From the NCBI GenBank assembly GCA_036677065.1, contig JAKFBS010000001.1:160001-224000 (forward strand): 64,000 bases of DNA, read 5' to 3'. Under the pieces are notes generated by a model, which did no database searches, was not told where the DNA came from, and was given only the letters and a program-made list of their open reading frames with translations. The DNA comes from Bdellovibrio sp. GTDB lineage: Bacteria > Bdellovibrionota > Bdellovibrionia > Bdellovibrionales > Bdellovibrionaceae. This document shows, piece after piece, positions 10,002 through 19,741 of the stretch. The stretch's first letter is position 1; each line of letters opens with the position of its first letter. A program made the position numbers and the translations under genes.

Positions 10002-10387
10002 AGCAGCAGTTCACACGAACTTTCAAGAAGGCCTAACATTTGTTGTCTGTTAATGGGTTTTTCAATAAGTGCATGAGCGCCCAGGTTCAAAGCTTCGAGT
10101 TCACTAAGATCTGCAAATCCCGTTGCAAGCACGACTATGGGTACATTAGGCTTTATTTTTTTGATCTCTTTAAGCATATCTACTCCGTTGCCATTGGGCA
10201 TACGCACATCCGATATAACAATCTCTATTGGATTTGCTTTTACGATTTCAACCGCATCAGCACCACACGCAGCTTCGAAGATTATACATCCACGTCGTTT
10301 AAGGTCAAAAATCATGGCCTGTCTTAGATCAAAGTCATCGTCTACAACGAGGACGTTTCTTCCCTTGAGGGGAGATTCTTTCTTCAA
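9989..10387 (-). CDS. Single-domain response regulator
   Basis: VVDDD, SDVRMP, ATG, EKP; TTG start after AGGAG. Confidence 0.88.
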   Translation of the reverse strand: MKKESPLKGRNVLVVDDDFDLRQAMIFDLKRRGCIIFEAACGADAVEIVKANPIEIVISDVRMPNGNGVDMLKEIKKIKPNVPIVVLATGFADLSELEALNLGAHALIEKPINRQQMLGLLESSCELLLQAT

Positions 10388-10495
10388 TTGGCAACTCCTT
10401 GTGTTGAAAAATCCTCGTATTTCTTCCTCTAACTGATCGGTATTTTTCTTCAGGAACTCAAGGTATTTGCTTAGACATAGAGCCAGGTTTGTTGC

Positions 10496-10528
10496 AAAAA
10501 AAAACCCTCGGATTTCTCCAAGGGTTTT
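10496..10528 (-). terminator. Intrinsic terminator downstream of tRNA-Asn
   Basis: aaaaccct...agggtttt hairpin with long A-run (U-tract on the minus strand). Confidence 0.75.
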
Positions 10529-10552
10529 AAGATTGTTCGAACCAAAATAAAA

Positions 10553-10628
10553 TGGCTCAGAAGGCAGGACTCGAACCTGCGACCAAGCGGTTAACAGCCG
10601 CTTGCTCTACCAACTGAGCTACTTCTGA
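10553..10628 (-). tRNA. tRNA-Asn(GTT)
   Basis: 76-nt cloverleaf, TCAGAAG/CTTCTGA acceptor, anticodon loop CTGTTAA, GGTTCGAGTCC, encoded CCA. Confidence 0.97.
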
Positions 10629-10653
10629 ACAACTGGCAATCAAACTAACGAAT

Positions 10654-11088
10654 TCAGTGGCCTTCGTCAAGAAGCTCTCGACTCAATTTTTTCGATTTAA
10701 AGGGAAGCCCCGCGGCTCTGAACACTTTCAAGGCTTTGTCCCACTCTAACTTCACTAAAGACGCTTGCGAATCTGTCGCAAAGGCTAAATCGCGCCAGTT
10801 TGCGTTGCTCATTTCGGCCTCTGATAGCGGTTCAAGATCCACCTTACAGAACTTTTTACGAAGAGCATGGTCAGTCCATTTTTTATATTTAGCTTTAAGC
10901 TTGGCCTCTTGCCACTTCACGGTGCCCGTATTTTCAGAACACCATTGAAACGAGGCCACAGATTTTGTGATTTCGGCCATATCGGGCTGATGATTTGAAT
11001 TCACGTTTGTAAGATAGCCTTTAAAAAGAAATATGCTTACAAGACCGACAACAAGGATACCAATTTTGAAGATAAGTTTTTTGCTCAC
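10654..11088 (-). CDS. Hypothetical membrane-anchored protein
   Basis: 144-aa ORF with N-terminal hydrophobic helix. Confidence 0.65.
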   Translation of the reverse strand: MSKKLIFKIGILVVGLVSIFLFKGYLTNVNSNHQPDMAEITKSVASFQWCSENTGTVKWQEAKLKAKYKKWTDHALRKKFCKVDLEPLSEAEMSNANWRDLAFATDSQASLVKLEWDKALKVFRAAGLPFKSKKLSRELLDEGH

Positions 11089-11198
11089 TCAATTAGTCTA
11101 GGTAAATTTTAAGAGTATAGGAAGTAGTAAGTTCTGACCTTTGGTCGGATTGTCTGCTGCAAGGCAAATTGTTACCGTATTAATAGCAGGAGTAATGC

Positions 11199-11840
11199 AT
11201 GCAATTAAGGCACAGTTTGACTTGTTTATTCACAGTAATTGGTTTGATTTTACCGTTATCAGCGAAAGCCGCAAATGGGTTCGGTGGAGAGATTTTATTT
11301 TCGCCACAATTTGGAGGCACTGACTTCGATCAAACAACTGGGCCAGTAAAACACAGTCGCTCTTGGAACTTTGGTAACAACTGGGGTTTTTCGGCAGTTG
11401 TAAAAGCAGCTTATCATGGCGATATCATATCGGCAGGTTTAGGTGCAGATATTGGGTGGAAAACCGAAGCCGTTCAGCACACTCAAAACAATGTAGTTGG
11501 AGAATATGATTATCAGTTATTTCGTGCCTATGTTGGCCCATATATGACATTCGGAAAAATGGTTCATCTGTATCTAGGTTATGATCCTCTTGTGTATTCA
11601 AAAGTAACGTACACGGATAATGAACACTTAAATCCATTTAGAAAAGAAGACACTCTTAAAGGCTACGCTTATATGGCAGGTTTTGGAGTTAACAAAGACG
11701 ACGTGATTTTTCGTATCTTGGGCCGAACAACGATTTACGACAGCGTGAAAATGAGTGGAACTGAGCGAGATCTGCCTGATTCAGAATTTTCAAAAATGGA
11801 TACGGGCGAACTTCTTTTCCAGTTCGGACAAAGATTTTAA
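11199..11840 (+). CDS. Outer-membrane beta-barrel protein (hypothetical)
   Basis: AGGAG SD, signal peptide (AKA-A), alternating strands, C-terminal FGQRF. Confidence 0.7.
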   Translation: MQLRHSLTCLFTVIGLILPLSAKAANGFGGEILFSPQFGGTDFDQTTGPVKHSRSWNFGNNWGFSAVVKAAYHGDIISAGLGADIGWKTEAVQHTQNNVVGEYDYQLFRAYVGPYMTFGKMVHLYLGYDPLVYSKVTYTDNEHLNPFRKEDTLKGYAYMAGFGVNKDDVIFRILGRTTIYDSVKMSGTERDLPDSEFSKMDTGELLFQFGQRF

Positions 11841-11898
11841 GATTTCATCAAATTTTGGTGAATTATAAGGCAACTGTTGGTTGCTTTTGGAACAAAAA

Positions 11899-11975
11899 TG
11901 GTGCGGACGGGAGGATTCGAACCTCCGACCACTTGATTCGTAGTCAAGTACTCTATCCAGCTGAGCTACGACCGC
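11899..11975 (-). tRNA. tRNA-Arg(ACG)
   Basis: 77-nt cloverleaf, anticodon loop CTACGAA, GGTTCGAATCC, CCA; one U-U mismatch in the acceptor stem. Confidence 0.96.
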
Positions 11976-12126
11976 ACGTCGTAAATTAAGCAATGTTAAT
12001 TGTGAATTAAGGTTCTACCGATTTATTAGTCCAAAATCAAGTGTAAGTATGGGTCATTCCTTGATTCTGTAAAAACGCTATGGCATTTTCTATTCTAGAT
12101 TATTTCAGCATAAAACATTAGCGCGC

Positions 12127-12219
12127 GGAGTGGTGGGTGAGTGGCTGAAACCAAGTCTTTGCTAAAGACTCGTACTTGCAAAACAGGTACCGTGGGTTCA
12201 AATCCCACCCACTCCGCCA
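12127..12219 (+). tRNA. tRNA-Ser(GCT)
   Basis: GGAGTGG/CCACTCC acceptor, AGTCT-TTGCTAA-AGACT anticodon arm, long variable arm, CCA. Confidence 0.95.
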
Positions 12220-12292
12220 TTTCTCAAAGACTCGCCTTTTGTAAATAGAAAAATCCTTAGTAGACTGATACAAAGCACGTTAGCATTTAAAA

Positions 12293-12940
12293 ATGAAGAA
12301 ATTCATGCTCTTATTCACGATTACTTTGTTATCTGGATGTACGTATTTGGCAAAACGGGAAATACCGCCTTTGTCTGCGGAGCAACGGTCTCAATGTCAG
12401 CCTAAAATTAAATCGCCAGTTCGTGTTTTTATATATGAAGATTCGGAAGACCGAATTAATTCAACGCTTTTAGGTCCTGGAGATCTTAGAACTGAACTTG
12501 AACACACATTAATTCAAGGTCAGCAGTTCAGTGATTATGAATTTGTTAGAGTTCTTTCCAACTATCAAATGCGGGTAGATCCAAAAGTAGAAATTAAAAA
12601 CTTGGATGCACGGATTCTTGATTTAAAATCTTTCAACGGAAAAGAATTAAGTATTTATATTCGCAAGCTAAGTACGAAAAAATTTTCACCAAGAATGTTG
12701 GCAGGTATTTTAACATTAGCAATTATTCCAACCGAGGATTATCTAAAAGCGCTTGTCGGAGTTAAACTGAAAGAAGGCGAAAAATCTTCAGAGTTAATTG
12801 TAACTGAAGAATTTACGGTACGCACAGCCTCTATACCCTATCCTGATTATAAAAATGTAGACCTGAAACTTCTGCGCGAACCGCTCGTGAATGCGGTTGA
12901 GTTCGCTTTGTGTGAAGTAATTAAAAAAGGGCTGAAATGA
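12293..12940 (+). CDS. Hypothetical lipoprotein
   Basis: Lipobox LSGC; internal hydrophobic LAGILTLAIIP segment. Confidence 0.75.
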   Translation: MKKFMLLFTITLLSGCTYLAKREIPPLSAEQRSQCQPKIKSPVRVFIYEDSEDRINSTLLGPGDLRTELEHTLIQGQQFSDYEFVRVLSNYQMRVDPKVEIKNLDARILDLKSFNGKELSIYIRKLSTKKFSPRMLAGILTLAIIPTEDYLKALVGVKLKEGEKSSELIVTEEFTVRTASIPYPDYKNVDLKLLREPLVNAVEFALCEVIKKGLK

Positions 12941-13443
12941 AAAAGTTAATTCTATTTATTTCAGCGGTGATTTTATGCTCATGTATCACAATTAAGAAAA
13001 ATCAATTGCCAGATCTTCATGCCGAAAGCGTAGTAACTGACAAAAAAATTGAAATCAGATTTAATGATAACATAGACACTCAAGAGCACACCAGAAATAA
13101 AAAAGTTTGATGATTTTTTTCCCATTAGTGAACATGAAAAATACAATCCCGATCTGAAAGTGAAAGTAGTATGGGATAAGGCTGGTATTTTCACATGTAT
13201 TGTGTTTTGACGCTGACAATTCTGCCGTGTACACCCGGCAATAACTGGGTAGTTGGTTTTCGAGTGTCGGATAAAAACGGCAAATTTATCAAAGACTATG
13301 TAGTTCAAGAAAGCTTCGTAATGGTATATTGGCTTGGCTTTCTAACACCCGCAGGATGGAAAAAAGGTTCCGTTGTTGACCCCATTCTAGCAAATGCTAT
13401 TAAAAACTTAATGTATCAATTAAAACAGGACAAGTTACTTTGA
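12937..13443 (+). pseudogene. Frameshifted lipoprotein gene, related in layout to the upstream lipoprotein
   Basis: MKKLILFISAVILCSC... stops at 13110; open +1 frame across ~13088-13190; original frame resumes with YCVLTLTILPC to 13443. Confidence 0.55.
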
Positions 13444-13891
13444 GCGCACAACCACAACTCAACTTCTTCTTGCCTTAACTTTGCGGCGTTAGCTAAAAAA
13501 TCCTCTCTAGAGATTCCTATTTTTTTCAGCATGTTGCTATTCAAAAGTTCTACCCGTTCAATGGGTATTGCCTTGTATCTCTTGTCCGAATACTCAAACC
13601 CCTTTAAATTGCCTTTAAGCATCATAAAAGGTTCCAAAGAGCTGCAATAAACAAGACAAATGGCAACAAAAGGGATGCTTTTTGTCTTTAAATTTTCTAT
13701 AGACCTTTGAAACGGGCAAAGCCTTCGGCACGACAAATGCTTTTATTTATTTTGTGGTGCTATCAAGGCAACCTTACAAGCGTGATAGTTTTAAAATTTT
13801 TGCAAAAGAATTTTAATAGAGGCGCGAAGTAATAGCATCAAGTACGCTGCAACGCTTTTGGAGTATAAACTTTTAAAGTCCGAGCAGAACA

Positions 13892-13930
13892 GGGACCCTG
13901 AAGTTAAAATGCCTAAAGCTTCAGGTTCCC
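13892..13930 (-). terminator. Hairpin downstream of the SnoaL-like gene
   Basis: gggaccctgaagtt...agcttcaggttccc inverted repeat. Confidence 0.45.
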
Positions 13931-13964
13931 GAAATTATGAATCAAGAAAATCATCTACCTTGTT

Positions 13965-14432
13965 CTATTTCGTATCGCAATCCCAGTGCTCTACTATCTT
14001 CCCGTCGACTACTTTAAACATGTCAAACCACGTGGTCGTGTATTCAGCTCCTGTAGCGTCTTTCAGATGGCTTACAAAAGCCATCGTCACCAAATCGCCT
14101 TCTGCTGAAATTGACACAAGCCCTTTTACTGTGTCAGGAATCGGGCGTGGGCCGCCAAGCTTTGAAAAAAAATCGATAAAGCCCTGTAAGCCTGTTTCAA
14201 CATTTGGATTATGCTGGATGTAATCAGTTGTTAAAAATTCTGCGGTTCGCTCAAGGCGTCTGCCTGAAAGAATAATTCGTGTAAAATCATAAACTAGCTT
14301 TTTATTTGCAGCTAATTTTGCATCGGTACTGGCTAGCAGTGTTTGTTGGTCTGCTGCAGGTAAGACTGGCAATCCAGCCGAAGCTGTTTGTTGAACGAAA
14401 ATAAGCGCGACGATAATAAAAAACAGTTTCAT
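13965..14432 (-). CDS. Secreted SnoaL-like / NTF2-family protein
   Basis: DYIQHNP, AEGDLV and WFDMFKVVDGKIVEHWD motifs; signal peptide from ATG 14432. Confidence 0.85.
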   Translation of the reverse strand: MKLFFIIVALIFVQQTASAGLPVLPAADQQTLLASTDAKLAANKKLVYDFTRIILSGRRLERTAEFLTTDYIQHNPNVETGLQGFIDFFSKLGGPRPIPDTVKGLVSISAEGDLVTMAFVSHLKDATGAEYTTTWFDMFKVVDGKIVEHWDCDTK

Positions 14433-14550
14433 AAATAGCCCTTCTTTTTTGGGTATTATCCAGCCTATGGATAGCGAAAAATAATTCTTAATATCAATCT
14501 TATGATTAGTGACATTTATGATGTCGCATATCATTTTGAGACAGTTCAAG

Positions 14551-16425
14551 ATGAGGCCCTCTGTTACCGAAAAGCAGACTATGTCATTTGCTCTTTTACT
14601 AGCCTTTATTATATTGGGGAGTTTTTCTCCTGCATTAGCTTCTAGGCTAACGGGGTTAGAGATTTTAGAAAAAGCCCAAGAGGCTGCCGGTGATAATCCA
14701 AAAGCCAGTCTTGATTTGCTGGCGACCATCGATCAAAAAATTCCTGCTTCTGAGTCAGAGATTCATTTACGTAAGAGTATTCTTAGGTGTGAGCTTCTGG
14801 TTGATAATGATGATCCTCGCGAGGCTTTAAAAATTAGTGAAACTGATTATTCGCAAGCGCCTGTGAAATCTGAGTTGATATTAAAAATGCGTCTTTGTAG
14901 AAGCTCGGCCCTACAAGGGGTCGGAGAATCTGTTAAGGCTGAAACCGAGCTTTTAACGATCCTTGCGACAAGTCGCGATCAGGGCTTTCGCGAAGTCGAA
15001 GGCCTGGCACACCTGAACCTTGGGCAAATGTTGTCTTTTGCAAATCGATTTGCTTCAAGTCTTGATCACTTGGTGAATGCAAAAAGTATCTTTTCTGCTT
15101 TGAAGTCAGTTCATCAGGAAAGAATCACGCTAAACTCGATTGCTGTGCTTTACGGACGCATGGGAGAAAATGAAAAAGCGATTACTTATTTTCAAGAGGT
15201 TTTAGCGCTGAATAAAAGTTTAGGTAAAAAAAGAAATATCGCTGTCGTTCTTTATAATATTGGCCGTCGCTACGAAGACCTTAAGCAATACGATAAAGCT
15301 CTTAATCATTTCAATGAAGCCTTAAACATTCATCGTGAAACTAAAAATGAAAAAAGTCAGGCCGTCATAGAAAGAGCACTTGGTGGTCTATACAACACCA
15401 TGGGTAAGCCTGAAAAAGCATTGCCACATCTTTTTAATGCCATAGACACTCTTGAACGTAAGAATATTCTAAAATCGCAAGCTCAATTGCATTTAGAATT
15501 CGGAAAAACCTATGCTTTAATGAAGCGCTCAAAAGAGGCACTGGTAAGTTTAGAAAAATCAGAAAAATTGAATAAACAAACAGTCTCGCAGCAGCTTTCT
15601 TCAGATATATATGAAACGCGCAGTCGCGTTTACGAACAACTAAATCAGTGGAAGGATGCCTACTACTCACTAACTGAATTTAAGAAAAGTTCAGATGGTT
15701 TATTGGCAATGAAAGCTGATGAACAATTACGACGAATGAATGCTCTTTTTGATTTAGAGAAACAACAAGAAGTAAATAAGGTGTTGAGTGAAAAAAATCG
15801 TTTGCAACAAAGAGAGCTGGATTTACAGTTTATAACGTTAGCATTAGCCTGCGTTTTATTAATTGTTATTGTGGTATTTACCATCGGACAAATCAAAGTA
15901 GCGCGAAAAATGCGAGAGCTAGCCTTAACAGATGAGTTAACAAAGATTCCAAACCGCCGCCACATCATAGACTACGGTAAGCAAACATTAAGCACCTGTC
16001 AGCGTCACAAAAAGTCTTTGTCTGTTATCATATTTGATATTGATCATTTTAAAAAAGTTAACGACACCTTAGGACATGCTATCGGAGATGAAGTTATTAA
16101 AAAAGTGGCTTTTGTAAGCCGTAATTTACTACGTCAAGGCGACATGGTTGGCCGCATTGGCGGAGAAGAATTTTTAGCGATTCTGCCGTTTACCGAAGCT
16201 GCGCAGGCAGAAGAAGTTGCAGAACGCATTCGCCAACAAATTCAAAAAATTGATTTTACGAGTGTCGCGCAAAACTTGAAAGTCACAGTCAGTGTTGGCG
16301 TAGCAACTCAAGAGCAACCCGAAACCGCCGTAACCTTAGATCAATTAATTCATGATGCCGATCAGGCTCTGTATAGCGTTAAACAAAATGGCCGCAATGG
16401 CGTAAGTTTACGTTTAGTCTCTTAA
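14551..16425 (+). CDS. Diguanylate cyclase with periplasmic TPR domain (start uncertain)
   Basis: TPR-like helices, TM helix, DELTKIPNRR, DIDHFKKVND, I-site RQGD, GGEEF. Confidence 0.92.
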   Translation: MRPSVTEKQTMSFALLLAFIILGSFSPALASRLTGLEILEKAQEAAGDNPKASLDLLATIDQKIPASESEIHLRKSILRCELLVDNDDPREALKISETDYSQAPVKSELILKMRLCRSSALQGVGESVKAETELLTILATSRDQGFREVEGLAHLNLGQMLSFANRFASSLDHLVNAKSIFSALKSVHQERITLNSIAVLYGRMGENEKAITYFQEVLALNKSLGKKRNIAVVLYNIGRRYEDLKQYDKALNHFNEALNIHRETKNEKSQAVIERALGGLYNTMGKPEKALPHLFNAIDTLERKNILKSQAQLHLEFGKTYALMKRSKEALVSLEKSEKLNKQTVSQQLSSDIYETRSRVYEQLNQWKDAYYSLTEFKKSSDGLLAMKADEQLRRMNALFDLEKQQEVNKVLSEKNRLQQRELDLQFITLALACVLLIVIVVFTIGQIKVARKMRELALTDELTKIPNRRHIIDYGKQTLSTCQRHKKSLSVIIFDIDHFKKVNDTLGHAIGDEVIKKVAFVSRNLLRQGDMVGRIGGEEFLAILPFTEAAQAEEVAERIRQQIQKIDFTSVAQNLKVTVSVGVATQEQPETAVTLDQLIHDADQALYSVKQNGRNGVSLRLVS

Positions 16426-16523
16426 GTTTTTCTCTCACAAAAGTTTATTTGTTTTGAACAATCGCATTAGGCCCATCGTCTATTTTTTCTAAACAAAATC
16501 CTCAATTTTCTGGTTTTGCCAAA

Positions 16524-16553
16524 TCGCAACACTTCACACTGATTTCGCAACAC
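16524..16553. promoter_or_regulatory. Direct repeat, putative regulator site upstream of the glycoside hydrolase
   Basis: TCGCAACAC at 16524 and 16545, 21-bp period. Confidence 0.45.
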
Positions 16554-16613
16554 AAGTCCCGCTTATTCAGCATTCGCTACGGGCAACAACAACCAGACAA
16601 CGGAGGTCTATAC

Positions 16614-17765
16614 ATGCGGCTATTAACTGCCCTACTAACTTTTTTATCTTTGAATATTGCTTTTGCCCAAACGGCTCCGGTAAAGGGTCTGCGCTTTGAT
16701 CCAGGCTATGTCTATGATGATCCAGCATTAGCCGGTAAATCTATACAGCAGATTGCAGCCATTGCAGCTCAGAACGTGAAGAACGCCGGCTTTAATACAA
16801 TTTTTCTTTTTGCGTACTCTTCGTATTATGGAGCGTTTTATAAAACGACTTACAGTATGACAAATGTTGAAGGTGGACTAGGTGTCGGAAATTTCACGAC
16901 CGCACTTATCAATGAAGCGCATGCGCGTGGAATTAAAGTTATCGCAGATCTTCCGATGAATAACTTTTATAAAGTGTGGTTAGCTAAACCAGAATGGCGC
17001 ATGAAAAATAGAAGTGGCGGCAATTATCGCCCTTACAGTGATTTATATTTACTATCGATTTTTCATCCCGAGTTTAAGGCGTGGTACACAGGTTTTGTGA
17101 ACGACTTCTTAGCAAAACACCCGGGTATTGATGGTATCGAAGCGTTCGAACCACAATTAGACTTTAACTGGAATAACGGAGCTGATTACAACCCAGCTGC
17201 AAATGCTAAATTCAAATCTCTTTATCCAACTGGAACATTAGGTTCGGCGCAGTGGGAGGCCGTTCAATCAAAAGAGGTGACTTCGTATTTAGGAAATTTC
17301 TTTGGCCTAGCCCGGGCAAAAGGTAAAGAAGCCCACGTTGTTCAAACTTGGACAGCCAATTCAAACGGGACATTGTTATCAGCAGCATCTTTATCAAAAG
17401 CGATTGCATTTAATTTCTTGGGTTTTAATGCATTACCGGCGCATCAACGCCCGACCTATATTCAAGGTGAATTTATGTGGTCACAATGGAAAGCTGAATA
17501 CGGAACCAGCGTATTTAATCCAGATTGGATCAAGACAGCCGCAAATTCATTTTTATCGCAAATGGGATCGTTAGCGCAGCCAGCGATTGTTCATACAGAG
17601 CTTTCAGAATTTAGCGGTAGCGCTGGAACAGTTAGACCAACAAGCTCTCAGTTCTTACAAGAGTTAAAAACCCTTAGGTCGATGAATGTGAACTTTGATG
17701 TTTATGATTACGCACAAGTGAGTGAGTTGAACTTGTGGTCAGGTATCGCACAAGCTCTTCAATAA
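16614..17765 (+). CDS. Secreted TIM-barrel glycoside hydrolase-like protein (GHL10/DUF187-like)
   Basis: Signal peptide, AGFNTIF, LINEAHARGIKV, KPEW and IDGIEAFE pattern. Confidence 0.65.
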   Translation: MRLLTALLTFLSLNIAFAQTAPVKGLRFDPGYVYDDPALAGKSIQQIAAIAAQNVKNAGFNTIFLFAYSSYYGAFYKTTYSMTNVEGGLGVGNFTTALINEAHARGIKVIADLPMNNFYKVWLAKPEWRMKNRSGGNYRPYSDLYLLSIFHPEFKAWYTGFVNDFLAKHPGIDGIEAFEPQLDFNWNNGADYNPAANAKFKSLYPTGTLGSAQWEAVQSKEVTSYLGNFFGLARAKGKEAHVVQTWTANSNGTLLSAASLSKAIAFNFLGFNALPAHQRPTYIQGEFMWSQWKAEYGTSVFNPDWIKTAANSFLSQMGSLAQPAIVHTELSEFSGSAGTVRPTSSQFLQELKTLRSMNVNFDVYDYAQVSELNLWSGIAQALQ

Positions 17766-17792
17766 TTTATTAAGTTACATTTTAACTAAAGT

Positions 17793-17823
17793 GAAAGCGG
17801 GAAAGAAATTTCCCGCTTTTTTA
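17793..17823. terminator. Bidirectional intrinsic terminator
   Basis: aaagcgggaaa-g-aaatttcccgctttttt between convergent genes. Confidence 0.8.
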
Positions 17824-18754
17824 TTAAAATGGAGACCACGTACGATACCAAAGTGCGCCGTCTGTTCCGCGAACGAAAACCATCATACGGGTTTTGTTGG
17901 CGAACGTTGTTGCCCCTGGCCCGGAAGTGGCAATACCTCCAAGATCATTCCAAAATCCCCAATGACCACTGATCCATCGTTTGTGAAGCAGATTTCCGCC
18001 AGGTCCTCTTGCAAATAAATCCAGTGAGTTTGAGTTTCGACTAATTATATCAGGCGCTGAGCCAACTGGTCCGCCTGGGAATCACGCCATAAAAATAAAT
18101 TACCCCAGATCGTATATTATGATGAATTAAATTTCCGGTCGTATTTTGCACAATGAGATCAAGTCTGTTTGAAGATCTGAAGGTGGCTGCCGGGTCACTG
18201 ATTACAGATCCGGTCACAGCACTCCAACGATTATTACACATAAAGCTATGAATACATCGTGAGTAATACACTTTGTTGTCACTTCCACGTGCCAGTATGT
18301 GCGGTCTTGCACCACTATTGGCGCGAGGTGAAGTTAGTCCGGATTCAACTGCTAACAAAGTTGGAATTCCAGCTGTTGAAACATTATTCCATCCCGTAAA
18401 TCCTGAAAATGCTGTAAGTCTATTGCGATAGATGTGGCGATAATTAACAATCGCAAACACTTCAAAAATATCCATTCCTCCGGTACGTCGACAAGTTATA
18501 GAAGGCGATCCCGTAAATGTTAGACCACCGGGAATTCGTTTCCAATCTTCCCACATCATGGGGCCGAAAACTTTTTTACGATACCAGATCGCATTGTCAG
18601 TTCCTTTTACAGCAACGTAAGCGACATTTCTTGATGAGCATGCCGCAGGATCACCGATCAGACTTCCGCCTAAAGTATTCCACGGCGTCCAATTTGCTAA
18701 AGCTGAAGCCGAGAACATTGTTATTAAAATTATTAAACTAAAAATTTTGTTCAT
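17824..18754 (-). pseudogene. PLL-like beta-propeller lectin paralogue 3, with a +1 frameshift at ~18077-18079
   Basis: ORF 18050-18754 ends early; the shifted frame reads PGGPVGSAPDIISR...RGTDGALWYRTWSPF* to 17824 and matches the paralogue C-termini. Confidence 0.85.
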
Positions 18755-18769
18755 AAAAGTCTCCTTTTG

Positions 18770-19717
18770 TTACGGAGCCCAAGCTCGATACCAAAGTGCT
18801 CCATCACTTCCGCGCGCAAACGCAAAAATGCGGGCTTTGCTAGCGTAAGTGACTGCTCCGGGACCAGAAGTAATGCCGGCGTTGTTAGGGCTGCTAAGGT
18901 TAACTGCGTTTCCCCACACGCCGTTAATCCAACGTTTGTGCATTAACGCATTACTTGTACTTCTGTAAAATAAATCGAGTGAGCCTTGATAACGGCTGAC
19001 AATATCGGGGGCACTGGCTGCCGGGCCACTGCCGACATAATAATAAGGTTGCCAAATGCCACCCTCCATAAATCGATGCATAACAGTTCCGTTTATCGCA
19101 AGTACCGCTAAATCTAATCTTCCGGCAGATTGATAAGTTGCGGCCGCATCACTCATAACAATCGGACTTCTTAAAACCCAGTTGTTATAACAATTTCCAG
19201 AAGCCACACAGCTTGTTTGATAAATTGAGTTGTTTGAGCCACGGGCAAAAACTTGCGGCGAAGATCGACCATCAACGAGTGATGGCGTCGACAATCCTGA
19301 GCCTGTAGCTAAACGTCCACTCGTAATTCCATTGAGCGGATATTTCGCCCACGGAGTAAAACTGTTAGGTGCAGATGCTTGATACGTTTGATAAAGCTGA
19401 CCATCAAAGCCAACTGCCCAAACTTCAAATAGATTTAAAGTTAAATAAATACGGCAGGCCACGGATGGCGAACCAGAAAATTGTTGTGTGCCGGGAATCC
19501 GTTTCCAGGCATCCCATATACCTGTGCTTAAAGTTCTTTTGCGATACCAAATCGCATTGTCAGTACCTTTTGCAGCTACATAAGTATCACCCCGAGCTGT
19601 ACATGCTGCTGGATCACCAACAATGTCGCCACCAAGTGGTACCCATATAGTCCACGCGGCAAAAGTTGGAGTTGAAAAAAATGCGAATGAAATTAAAAAT
19701 AAAAAAATCTTGTTCAT
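18770..19717 (-). CDS. Secreted PLL-like beta-propeller lectin paralogue 2
   Basis: Signal peptide; about six W-x-x-LGG / P / lfARG.D..lw repeats. Confidence 0.75.
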   Translation of the reverse strand: MNKIFLFLISFAFFSTPTFAAWTIWVPLGGDIVGDPAACTARGDTYVAAKGTDNAIWYRKRTLSTGIWDAWKRIPGTQQFSGSPSVACRIYLTLNLFEVWAVGFDGQLYQTYQASAPNSFTPWAKYPLNGITSGRLATGSGLSTPSLVDGRSSPQVFARGSNNSIYQTSCVASGNCYNNWVLRSPIVMSDAAATYQSAGRLDLAVLAINGTVMHRFMEGGIWQPYYYVGSGPAASAPDIVSRYQGSLDLFYRSTSNALMHKRWINGVWGNAVNLSSPNNAGITSGPGAVTYASKARIFAFARGSDGALWYRAWAP

Positions 19718-19741
19718 AAGTCCTCCTGACTTTGCAAAAAT

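Noticed and set aside
11899..11975. U5-U68 mismatch in the tRNA-Arg acceptor stem as a sign of a pseudo-tRNA
   Set aside because: All other tRNA elements are intact and single mismatches are tolerated
11790..11993. 67-aa ORF, and likewise the 66-aa ORF at 43891-44091
   Set aside because: Shadow ORFs over tRNA-Arg and tRNA-Ser
13416..13736. 106-aa minus-strand ORF
   Set aside because: No SD or recognisable motif, overlaps the neighbouring gene; at best a pseudogene fragment
13726..13741. Sigma54-like CGGCAC-GACAA-ATGCT on the + strand
   Set aside because: No credible downstream gene; it lies in a decayed region and may be chance, though a ncRNA cannot be fully excluded
13815..13860. AGAGGCGCG...AAGTA resembles the 5' part of a lysine riboswitch
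   Set aside because: The downstream conserved elements (GAAAGG, GCCGAA) are missing and no lysine-related gene follows on that strand
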